64,000 nucleotides of DNA, taken from contig OZ059896.1 of the NCBI GenBank assembly GCA_964057225.1, positions 20,398,001 through 20,462,000 of the forward strand, in the 5' to 3' direction. Positions 25,401 through 37,902 of the stretch are shown one piece after another. This stretch comes from Auanema rhodensis. Its lineage: Eukaryota > Animalia > Nematoda. Every line of letters begins with the position of its first letter. Within the stretch, counting starts at the first letter, position 1. The notes beneath the pieces are model-generated. The model searched no databases. It saw nothing but the letters and a program-made list of their open reading frames with translations, and had not been told where the DNA came from. A program made the position numbers and the translations under genes.

Positions 25401-28399
25401 TTTTAAGCTAGCGCAAATCTGATAACACAGATCGACGCAGCTTAAAAATCCGCATCGAATGCACTATACTACATTGAGAAACGCTTGATACAAAAATTAG
25501 TTATGATCGTTTGAAAAATGATGCATTAGTGTATGTTGAGTTTCCATGTACACTCAACATTGCTTCCAAAAACATTTTGACAAAAATTTTTTCGAAAAAT
25601 TTCAAAATAATTTAGCAAAAAGTAGATGTTTTTAGATTCCTTTTTTCAAGGCAAAGACGATGGACAATGTTATTCAACGAAAAAATTATTCCTTCAGGGT
25701 GAAAATCGAGGATATAAGTGTGAACTTATATCAGTGGATATCTCGGTGCATTTTTAAGCTAGCGCAAATCTGATAACAGAGATCGACGCAGCTTAAAAAT
25801 CCGCATCGAATGCACTATACTACATTGAGAAACGCTTGATACAAAAATTAGTTATGATCGTTTGAAAAATGATGCATTAGTGTATGTTGAGTTTCCATGT
25901 ACACTCAACATTGCTTCCAAAAACATTTTGACAAAAATTTTTTCGAAAAATTTCAAAATAATTTAGCAAAAAGTAGATGTTTTTAGATTCCTTTTTTCAA
26001 GGCAAAGACGATGGACAATGTTATTCAACGAAAAAATTATTCCTTCAGGGTGAAAATCGAGGATATAAGTGTGAACTTATATCAGTTGATATCTCGGTGC
26101 ATTTTTAAGCTAGCGCAAATCTGATAACACAGATCGACGCAGCTTAAAAATCCGCATCGAATGCACTATACTACATTGAGAAACGCTTGATACAAAAACT
26201 AGTTATGATCGTTTGAAAAATGATGCATTAGTGTATGTTGAGTTTCCATGTACACTCAACATTGCTTCCAAAAACATTTTGACAAAAATTTTTTCGAAAA
26301 ATTTCAAAATAATTTAGCAAAAAGTAGATGTTTTTAGATTCCTTTTTTCAAGGCAAAGACGATGGACAATGTTATTCAACGAAAAAATTATTCCTTCAGG
26401 GTGAAAATCGAGGATATAAGTGTGAACTTATATCAGTTGATATCTCGGTGCATTTTAAAGCTAGCGCAAATCTGATAACACAGATCGACGCAGCTTAAAA
26501 ATCCGCATCGAATGCACTATACTACATTGAGAAACGCTTGATACAAAAATTAGTTATGATCGTTTGAAAAATGATGCATTAGTGTATGTTGAGTTTCCAT
26601 GTACACTCAACATTGCTTCCAAAAACATTTTGACAAAAATTTTTTCGAAAAATTTCAAAATAATTTAGCAAAAAGTAGATGTTTTTAGATTCCAGTTTTC
26701 AAGGCAAAGACGATGGACAATGTTATTCAACGAAAAAATTAATTCTTCAGGGTGAAAATCGAGGATATAAGTGTGAACTTATATCAGTTGATATCTCGGT
26801 GCATTTTTAAGCTAGCGCAAATCTGATAACACAGATCGACGCAGCTTAAAAATCCGCATCGAATGCACTATACTACATTGAGAAACGCTTGATACAAAAA
26901 TTAGTTATGATCGTTTGAAAAATGATGCATTAGTGTATGTTGAGTTTCCATGTACACTCAACATTGCTTCCAAAAACATTTTGACAAAAATTTTTTCGAA
27001 AAATTTCAAAATAATTTAGCAAAAGTAGATGTTTTTAGATCCCTTTATTCAAGGCAAAGACGATGGACAATGTTATTCAACGAAAAAATTAATTCTTCAG
27101 GGTGAAAATCGAGGATATAAGTGTGAACTTATATCAGTTGATATCTCGGTGCATTTTTAAGCTAGCGCAAATCTGATAACACAGATCGACGCAGCTTAAA
27201 AATCCGCATCGAATGCACTATACTACATTGAGAAACGCTTGATACAAAAACTAGTTATGATCGTTTGAAAAATGATGCATTAGTGTATGTTGAGTTTCCA
27301 TGTACACTCAACATTGCTTCCAAAAACATTTTGACAAAAATTTTTTCGAAAAATTTCAAAATAATTTAGCAAAAAGTAGATGTTTTTAGATTCCTTTTTT
27401 CAAGGCAAAGACGATGGACAATGTTATTCAACGAAAAAATTATTCCTTCAGGGTGAAAATCGAGGATATAAGTGTGAACTTATATCAGTTGATATCTCGG
27501 TGCATTTTTAAGCTAGCGCAAATCTGATAACAGAGATCGACGCAGCTTAAAAATCCGCATCGAATGCACTATACTACATTGAGAAACGCCTAATACAAAA
27601 ATTAGTTATGATCGTTTGAAAAATGATGCATTAGTGTATGTTGAGTTTCCATGTACACTCAACATTGCTTCCAAAAACATTTTGACAAAAATTTTTTCGA
27701 AAAATTTCAAAATAATTTAGCAAAAAGTAGATGTTTTTAGATTCCAGTTTTCAAGGCAAAGACGATGGACAATGTTATTCAACGAAAAAATTAATTCTTC
27801 AGGGTGAAAATCGAGGATATAAGTGTGAACTTATATCAGTTGATATCTCGGTGCATTTTAAAGCTAGCGCAAATCTGATAACACAGATCGACGCAGCTTA
27901 AAAATCCGCATCGAATGCACTATACTACATTGAGAAACGCTTGATACAAAAATTAGTTATGATCGTTTGAAAAATGATGCATTAGTGTATGTTGAGTTTC
28001 CATGTACACTCAACATTGCTTCCAAAAACATTTTGACAAAAATTTTTTCGAAAAATTTCAAAATAATTTAGCAAAAAGTAGATGTTTTTAGATTCCTTTA
28101 TTCAAGGCAAAGACGATGGACAATGTTATTCAACGAAAAAATTAATTCTTCAGGGTGAAAATCGAGGATATAAGTGTGAACTTATATCAGTTGATATCTC
28201 GGTGCATTTTTAAGCTAGCGCAAATCTGATAACACAGATCGACGCAGCTTAAAAATCCGCATCGAATGCACTATACTACATTGAGAAACGCTTAATACAA
28301 AAATTAGTTATGATCGTTTGAAAAATGATGCATTAGTGTATGTTGAGTTTCCATGTACACTCAACATTGCTTCCAAAAACATTTTGACAAAAATTTTTT

Positions 28400-31300
28400 C
28401 GAAAAAATTCAAAATAATTTAGCAAAAAGTAGATGTTTTTAGATTCCAGTTTTCAAGGCAAAGACGATGGACAATGTTATTCAACGAAAAAATTAATTCT
28501 TCAGGGTGAAAATCGAGGATATAAGTGTGAACTTATATCAGTTGATATCTCGGTGCATTTTTAAGCTAGCGCAAATCTGATAACACAGATCGACGCAGCT
28601 TAAAAATTCGCATCGAATGCACTATACTACATTGAGAAACGCTTGATACAAAAATTAGTTATGATCGTTTGAAAAATGATGCATTAGTGTATGTTGAGTT
28701 TCCATGTACACTCAACATTGCTTCCAAAAACATTTTGACAAAAATTTTTTCGAAAAATTTCGAAATAATTTAGCAAAAAGTAGATGTTTTTAGATTCCTT
28801 TTTTCAAGGCAAAGACGATGGACAATGTTATTCAACGGAAAAAGTATTTCTTCAGGGTGAAAATCGAGGATATAAGTGTGAACTTATATCAGTTGATATC
28901 TCGGTGCATTTTTAAGCTAGCGCAAATCTGATAACACAGATCGACGCAGCTTAAATATCCGCATCGAATGCACTATACTACATTGAGAAACGCTTAATAC
29001 AGAAATTAGTTATGATCGTTTGAAAAATGATGCATTAGTGTATGTTGAGTTTCCATGTACACTCAACATTGCTTCCAAAAACATTTTGACAAAAATTTTT
29101 TCGAAAAATTTCAAAATAATTTAGCAAAAAGTAGATGTTTTTAGATTCCAGTTTTCAAGGCAAAGACGATGGACAATGTTATTCAACGAAAAAATTAATT
29201 TTTCAGGGTGAAAATCGAGGATATATGTGTGAACTTATATCAGTTGATATCTCGGTGCATTTTTAAGCTAGCGCAAATCTGATAACACAGATCGACGCAG
29301 CTTAAAAATCCGCATCGAATGCACTATACTACATTGAGAAACGCTTAATACAAAAATTAGTTATGATCGTTTGAAAAATGATGCATTAGTGTATGTTGAG
29401 TTTCCATGTACACTCAACATTGCTTCCAAAAACATTTTGACAAAAATTTTTTCGAAAAAATTCAAAATAATTTAGCAAAAAGTAGATGTTTTTAGATTCC
29501 AGTTTTCAAGGCAAAGACGATGGACAATGTTATTCAACGAAAAAATTAATTCTTCAGGGTGAAAATCGAGGATATAAGTGTGAACTTATATCAGTTGATA
29601 TCTCGGTGCATTTTTAAGCTAGCGCAAATCTGATAACACAGATCGACGCAGCTTAAAAATTCGCATCGAATGCACTATACTACATTGAGAAACGCTTGAT
29701 ACAAAAATTAGTTATGATCGTTTGAAAAATGATGCATTAGTGTATGTTGAGTTTCCATGTACACTCAACATTGCTTCCAAAAACATTTTGACAAAAATTT
29801 TTTCGAAAAATTTCGAAATAATTTAGCAAAAAGTAGATGTTTTTAGATTCCTTTTTTCAAGGCAAAGACGATGGACAATGTTATTCAACGGAAAAAGTAT
29901 TTCTTCAGGGTGAAAATCGAGGATATAAGTGTGAACTTATATCAGTTGATATCTCGGTGCATTTTTAAGCTAGCGCAAATCTGATAACACAGATCGACGC
30001 AGCTTAAATATCCGCATCGAATGCACTATACTACATTGAGAAACGCTTAATACAGAAATTAGTTATGATCGTTTGAAAAATGATGCATTAGTGTATGTTG
30101 AGTTTCCATGTACACTCAACATTGCTTCCAAAAACATTTTGACAAAAATTTTTTCGAAAAATTTCAAAATAATTTAGCAAAAAGTAGATGTTTTTAGATT
30201 CCAGTTTTCAAGGCAAAGACGATGGACAATGTTATTCAACGAAAAAATTAATTTTTCAGGGTGAAAATCGAGGATATATGTGTGAACTTATATCAGTTGA
30301 TATCTCGGTGCATTTTTAAGCTAGCGCAAATCTGATAACACAGATCGACGCAGCTTAAAAATCCGCATCGAATGCACTATACTACATTGAGAAACGCTTA
30401 ATACAAAAATTAGTTATGATCGTTTGAAAAATGATGCATTAGTGTATGTTGAGTTTCCATGTACACTCAACATTGCTTCCAAAAACATTTTGACAAAAAT
30501 TTTTTCGAAAAAATTCAAAATAATTTAGCAAAAAGTAGATGTTTTTAGATTCCAGTTTTCAAGGCAAAGACGATGGACAATGTTATTCAACGAAAAAATT
30601 AATTCTTCAGGGTGAAAATCGAGGATATAAGTGTGAACTTATATCAGTTGATATCTCGGTGCATTTTTAAGCTAGCGCAAATCTGATAACACAGATCGAC
30701 GCAGCTTAAAAATTCGCATCGAATGCACTATACTACATTGAGAAACGCTTGATACAAAAATTAGTTATGATCGTTTGAAAAATGATGCATTAGTGTATGT
30801 TGAGTTTCCATGTACACTCAACATTGCTTCCAAAAACATTTTGACAAAAATTTTTTCGAAAAATTTCGAAATAATTTAGCAAAAAGTAGATGTTTTTAGA
30901 TTCCTTTTTTCAAGGCAAAGACGATGGACAATGTTATTCAACGGAAAAAGTATTTCTTCAGGGTGAAAATCGAGGATATAAGTGTGAACTTATATCAGTT
31001 GATATCTCGGTGCATTTTTAAGCTAGCGCAAATCTGATAACACAGATCGACGCAGCTTAAAAATCCGCATCGAATGCACTATACTACATTGAGAAACGCT
31101 TAATACAGAAATTAGTTATGATCGTTTGAAAAATGATGCATTAGTGTATGTTGAGTTTCCATGTACACTCAACATTGCTTCCAAAAACATTTTGACAAAA
31201 ATTTTTTCGAAAAATTTCAAAATAATTTAGCAAAAAGTAGATGTTTTTAGATTCCAGTTTTCAAGGCAAAGACGATGGACAATGTTATTCAACGAAAAAA

Positions 31301-32638
31301 TTAATTTTTCAGGGTGAAAATCGAGGATATATGTGTGAACTTATATCAGTTGATATCTCGGTGCATTTTTAAGCTAGCGCAAATCTGATAACACAGATCG
31401 ACGCAGCTTAAAAATCCGCATCGAATGCACTATACTACATTGAGAAACGCTTAATACAAAAATTAGTTATGATCGTTTGAAAAATGATGCATTAGTGTAT
31501 GTTGAGTTTCCATGTACACTCAACATTGCTTCCAAAAACATTTTGACAAAAATTTTTTCGAAAAAATTCAAAATAATTTAGCAAAAAGTAGATGTTTTTA
31601 GATTCCAGTTTTCAAGGCAAAGACGATGGACAATGTTATTCAACGAAAAAATTAATTCTTCAGGGTGAAAATCGAGGATATAAGTGTGAACTTATATCAG
31701 TTGATATCTCGGTGCATTTTTAAGCTAGCGCAAATCTGATAACACAGATCGACGCAGCTTAAAAATTCGCATCGAATGCACTATACTACATTGAGAAACG
31801 CTTGATACAAAAATTAGTTATGATCGTTTGAAAAATGATGCATTAGTGTATGTTGAGTTTCCATGTACACTCAACATTGCTTCCAAAAACATTTTGACAA
31901 AAATTTTTTCGAAAAATTTCGAAATAATTTAGCAAAAAGTAGATGTTTTTAGATTCCTTTTTTCAAGGCAAAGACGATGGACAATGTTATTCAACGGAAA
32001 AAGTATTTCTTCAGGGTGAAAATCGAGGATATAAGTGTGAACTTATATCAGTTGATATCTCGGTGCATTTTTAAGCTAGCGCAAATCTGATAACACAGAT
32101 CGACGCAGCTTAAAAATCCGCATCGAATGCACTATACTACATTGAGAAACGCTTAATACAGAAATTAGTTATGATCGTTTGAAAAATGATGCATTAGTTT
32201 ATGTTGAGTTTCCATGTACACTCAACATTGCTTCCAAAAACATTTTGACAAAAATTTTTTCGAAAAATTTCAAAATAATTTAGCAAAAAGTAGATGTTTT
32301 TAGATTCCAGTTTTCAAGGCAAAGACGATGGACAATGTTATTCAACGAAAAAATTAATTCTTCAGGGTGAAAATCGAGGATATATGTGTGAACTTATATC
32401 AGTTGATATCTCGGTGCATTTTTAAGCTAGCGCAAATCTGATAACACAGATCGACGCAGCTTAAAAATCCGCATCGAATGCACTATACTACATTGAGAAA
32501 CGCTTAATACAAAAATTAGTTATGATCGTTTGAAAAATGATGCATTAGTGTATGTTGAGTTTCCATGTACACTCAACATTGCTTCCAAAAACATTTTGAC
32601 TAAAATTTTTTCGAAAAATTTCAAAATAATTTAGCAAA
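28400..32638. repeat. Local 3-mer higher-order repeat (1053 bp x4)
   Basis: m332A at 28407/29460/30513/31566; m182T at 28608/29661/30714/31767; TACAGAAA at 29002/30055/31108/32161. Confidence 0.92.
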
Positions 32639-35600
32639 AAGTAGATGTTTTTAGATTCCTTTTTTCAAGGCAAAGACGATGGACAATGTTATTCAACGAA
32701 AAAATTATTCCTTCAGGGTGAAAATCGAGGATATAAGTGTGAACTTATATCAGTTGATATCTCGGTGCATTTTTAAGCTAGCGCAAATCTGATAACACAG
32801 ATCGACGCAGCTTAAAAATCCGCATCGAATGCACTATACTACATTGAGAAACGCTTGATACAAAAATTAGTTATGATCGTTTGAAAAATGATGCATTAGT
32901 GTATGTTGAGTTTCCATGTACACTCAACATTGCTTCCAAAAACATTTTGACAAAAATTTTTTCGAAAAATTTCAAAATAATTTAGCAAAAAGTAGATGTT
33001 TTTAGATTCCTTTTTTCAAGGCAAAGACGATGGACAATGTTATTCAACGAAAAAATTATTCCTTCAGGGTGAAAATCGAGGATATAAGTGTGAACTTATA
33101 TCAGTTGATATCTCGGTGCATTTTTAAGCTAGCGCAAATCTGATAACACAGATCGACGCAGCTTAAAAATCCGCATCGAATGCACTATACTACATTGAGA
33201 AACGCTTGATACAAAAATTAGTTATGATCGTTTGAAAAATGATGCATTAGTGTATGTTGAGTTTCCATGTACACTCAACATTGCTTCCAAAAACATTTTG
33301 ACAAAAATTTTTTCGAAAAATTTCAAAATAATTTAGCAAAAAGTAGATGTTTTTAGATTCCATTTTTCAAGGCAAAGACGATGGACAATGTTATTCAACG
33401 AAAAAATTAATTATTCAGGGTGAAAATCGAGGATATAAGTGTGAACTTATATCAGTTGATATCTCGGTGCATTTTTAAGCTAGCGCAAATCTGATAACAC
33501 AGATCGACGCAGCTTAAAAATCCGCATCGAATGCACTATACTACATTGAGAAACGCTTAATACAAAAATTAGTTATGATCGTTTGAAAAATGATGCATTA
33601 GTGTATGTTGAGTTTCCATGTACACTCAACATTGCTTCCAAAAACATTTTGACAAAAATTTTTTCGAAAAATTTCAAAATAATTTAGCAAAAAGTAGATG
33701 TTTTCAGATTCCTTTATTCAAGGCAAAGACGATGGATAATGTTATTCAACGAAAAAATTAATTCTTCAGGGTGAAAATCGAGGATATAAGTGTGAACTTA
33801 TATCAGTTGATATCTCGGTGCATTTTTAAGCTAGCGCAAATCTGATAACACAGATCGACGCAGCTTAAAAATCCGCATCGAATGCACTATACTACATTGA
33901 GAAACGCTTGATACAAAAATTAGTTATGATCGTTTGAAAAATGATGCATTAGTGTATGTTGAGTTTCCATGTACACTCAACATTGCTTCCAAAAACATTT
34001 TGACAAAATTTTTTTCGAAAAATTTCGAAATAATTTAGCAAAAAGTAGATGTTTTTAGATTCCTTTTTTCAAGGCAAAGACGATGGACAATGTTATTCAA
34101 CGGAAAAAGTATTTCTTCAGGGTGAAAATCGAGGATATAAGTGTGAACTTATATCAGTTGATATCTCGGTGCATTTTTAAGCTAGCGCAAATCTGATAAC
34201 ACAGATCGACGCAGCTTAAAAATCCGCATCGAATGCACTATACTACATTGAGAAACGCTTAATACAAAAATTAGTTATGATCGTTTGAAAAATGATGCAT
34301 TAGTGTATGTTGAGTTTCCATGTACACTCAACATTGCTTCCAAAAACATTTTGACAAAAATTTTTTCGAAAAATTTCGAAATAATTTAGCAAAAAGTAGT
34401 TGTTTTTAGATTCCTTTTTTCAAGGCAAAGACGATGGACAATGTTATTCAACGGAAAAAGTATTTCTTCAGGGTGAAAATCGAGGATATAAGTGTGAACT
34501 TATATCAGTTGATATCTCGGTGCATTTTTAAGCTAGCGCAAATCTGATAACACAGATCGACGCAGCTTAAAAATCCGCATCGAATGCACTATACTACATT
34601 GAGAAACGCTTAATACAAAAATTAGTTATGATCGTTTGAAAAATGATGCATTAGTGTATGTTGAGTTTCCATGTACACTCAACATTGCTTCCAAAAACAT
34701 TTTGACAAAAATTTTTTCGAAAAATTTCGAAATAATTTAGCAAAAAGTAGATGTTTTTAGATTCCTTTATTCAAGGCAAAGACGATGGACAATGTTATTC
34801 AACGAAAAAATTAATTCTTTAGGGTGAAAATCGAGGATATAAGTGTGAACTTATATCAGTTGATATCTTGGTGCATTTTTAAGCTAGCGCAAATCTGATA
34901 ACACAGATCGACGCAGCTTAAAAATCCGCATCGAATGCACTATACTACATTGAAAAACGCTTAATACAAAAATTAGTTATGATCGTTTGAAAAATGATGC
35001 ATTAGTGTATGTTGAGTTTCCATGTACACTCAACATTGCTTCCAAAAACATTTTGACAAAAATTTTTTCGAAAAATTTCAAAATAATTTAGCAAAAAGTA
35101 GATGTTTTTAGATTCCTTTATTCAAGGCAAAGACGATGGACAATGTTATTCAACGAAAAAATTAATTCTTCAGGGTGAAAATCGAGGATATAAGTGTGAA
35201 CTTATATCAGTTGATATCTCGGTGCATTTTTAAGCTAGCGCAAATCTGATAACACAGATCGACGCAGCTTAAAAATCCGCATCGAATGCACTATACTACA
35301 TTGAGAAACGCTTGATACAAAAATTAGTTATGATCGTTTGAAAAATGATGCATTAGTGTATGTTGAGTTTCCATGTACACTCAACATTGCTTCCAAAAAC
35401 ATTTTGACAAAAATTTTTTCGAAAAATTTCAAAATAATTTAGCAAAAAGTAGATGTTTTTAGATTCCTTTTTTCAAGGCAAAGACGATGGACAATGTTAT
35501 TCAACGAAAAAATTATTCCTTCAGGGTGAAAATCGAGGATATAAGTGTGAACTTATATCAGTTGATATCTCGGTGCATTTTTAAGCTAGCGCAAATCTGA

Positions 35601-37902
35601 TAACAGAGATCGACGCAGCTTAAAAATCCGCATCGAATGCACTATACTACATTGAGAAACGCTTAATACAAAAATTAGTTATGATCGTTTGAAAAATGAT
35701 GCATTAGTGTATGTTGAGTTTCCATGTACACTCAACATTGCTTCCAAAAACATTTTGACAAAAATTTTTTCGAAAAATTTCAAAATAATTTAGCAAAAAG
35801 TAGATGTTTTTAGATTCCAGTTTTCAAGGCAAAGACGATGGACAATGTTATTCAACGAAAAAATTAATTCTTCAGGGTGAAAATCGAGGATATAAGTGTG
35901 AACTTATATCAGTTGATATCTCGGTGCATTTTTAAGCTAGCGCAAATCTGATAACACAGATCGACGCAGCTTAAAAATCCGCATCGAATGCACTATACTA
36001 CATTGAGAAACGCTTGATACAAAAATTAGTTATGATCGTTTGAAAAATGATGCATTAGTGTATGTTGAGTTTCCATGTACACTCAACATTGCTTCCAAAA
36101 ACATTTTGACAAAAATTTTTTCGAAAAATTTCAAAATAATTTAGCAAAAGTAGATGTTTTTAGATCCCTTTATTCAAGGCAAAGACGATGGACAATGTTA
36201 TTCAACGGAAAAAGTATTTCTTCAGGGTGAAAATCGAGGATATAAGTGTGAACTTATATCAGTTGATATCTCGGTGCATTTTTAAGCTAGCGCAAATCTG
36301 ATAACACAGATCGACGCAGCTTAAAAATCCGCATCGAATGCACTATACTACATTGAGAAACGCTTAATACAAAAATTAGTTATGATCGTTTGAAAAATGA
36401 TGCATTAGTGTATGTTGAGTTTCCATGTACACTCAACATTGCTTCCAAAAACATTTTGACAAAAATTTTTTCGAAAAATTTCGAAATAATTTAGCAAAAA
36501 GTAGATGTTTTTAGATTCCTTTTTTCAAGGCAAAGACGATGGACAATGTTATTCAACGGAAAAAGTATTTCTTCAGGGTGAAAATCGAGGATATAAGTGT
36601 GAACTTATATCAGTTGATATCTCGGTGCATTTTTAAGCTAGCGCAAATCTGATAACACAGATCGACGCAGCTTAAAAATCCGCATCGAATGCACTATACT
36701 ACATTGAGAAACGCTTAATACAAAAATTAGTTATGATCGTTTGAAAAATGATGCATTAGTGTATGTTGAGTTTCCATGTACACTCAACATTGCTTCCAAA
36801 AACATTTTGACAAAAATTTTTTCGAAAAATTTCGAAATAATTTAGCAAAAAGTAGATGTTTTTAGATTCCTTTATTCAAGGCAAAGACGATGGACAATGT
36901 TATTCAACGAAAAAATTAATTCTTTAGGGTGAAAATCGAGGATATAAGTGTGAACTTATATCAGTTGATATCTTGGTGCATTTTTAAGCTAGCGCAAATC
37001 TGATAACACAGATCGACGCAGCTTAAAAATCCGCATCGAATGCACTATACTACATTGAGAAACGCTTGATACAAAAATTAGTTATGATCGTTTGAAAAAT
37101 GATGCATTAGTGTATGTTGAGTTTCCATGTACACTCAACATTGCTTCCAAAAACATTTTGACAAAAATTTTTTCGAAAAATTTCAAAATAATTTAGCAAA
37201 AAGTAGATGTTTTTAGATTCCTTTTTTCAAGGCAAAGACGATGGACAATGTTATTCAACGAAAAAATTATTCCTTCAGGGTGAAAATCGAGGATATAAGT
37301 GTGAACTTATATCAGTTGATATCTCGGTGCATTTTTAAGCTAGCGCAAATCTGATAACAGAGATCGACGCAGCTTAAAAATCCGCATCGAATGCACTATA
37401 CTACATTGAGAAACGCTTAATACAAAAATTAGTTATGATCGTTTGAAAAATGATGCATTAGTGTATGTTGAGTTTCCATGTACACTCAACATTGCTTCCA
37501 AAAACATTTTGACAAAAATTTTTTCGAAAAATTTCAAAATAATTTAGCAAAAAGTAGATGTTTTTAGATTCCAGTTTTCAAGGCAAAGACGATGGACAAT
37601 GTTATTCAACGAAAAAATTAATTCTTCAGGGTGAAAATCGAGGATATAAGTGTGAACTTATATCAGTTGATATCTCGGTGCATTTTTAAGCTAGCGCAAA
37701 TCTGATAACACAGATCGACGCAGCTTAAAAATCCGCATCGAATGCACTATACTACATTGAGAAACGCTTGATACAAAAATTAGTTATGATCGTTTGAAAA
37801 ATGATGCATTAGTGTATGTTGAGTTTCCATGTACACTCAACATTGCTTCCAAAAACATTTTGACAAAAATTTTTTCGAAAAATTTCAAAATAATTTAGCA
37901 AA

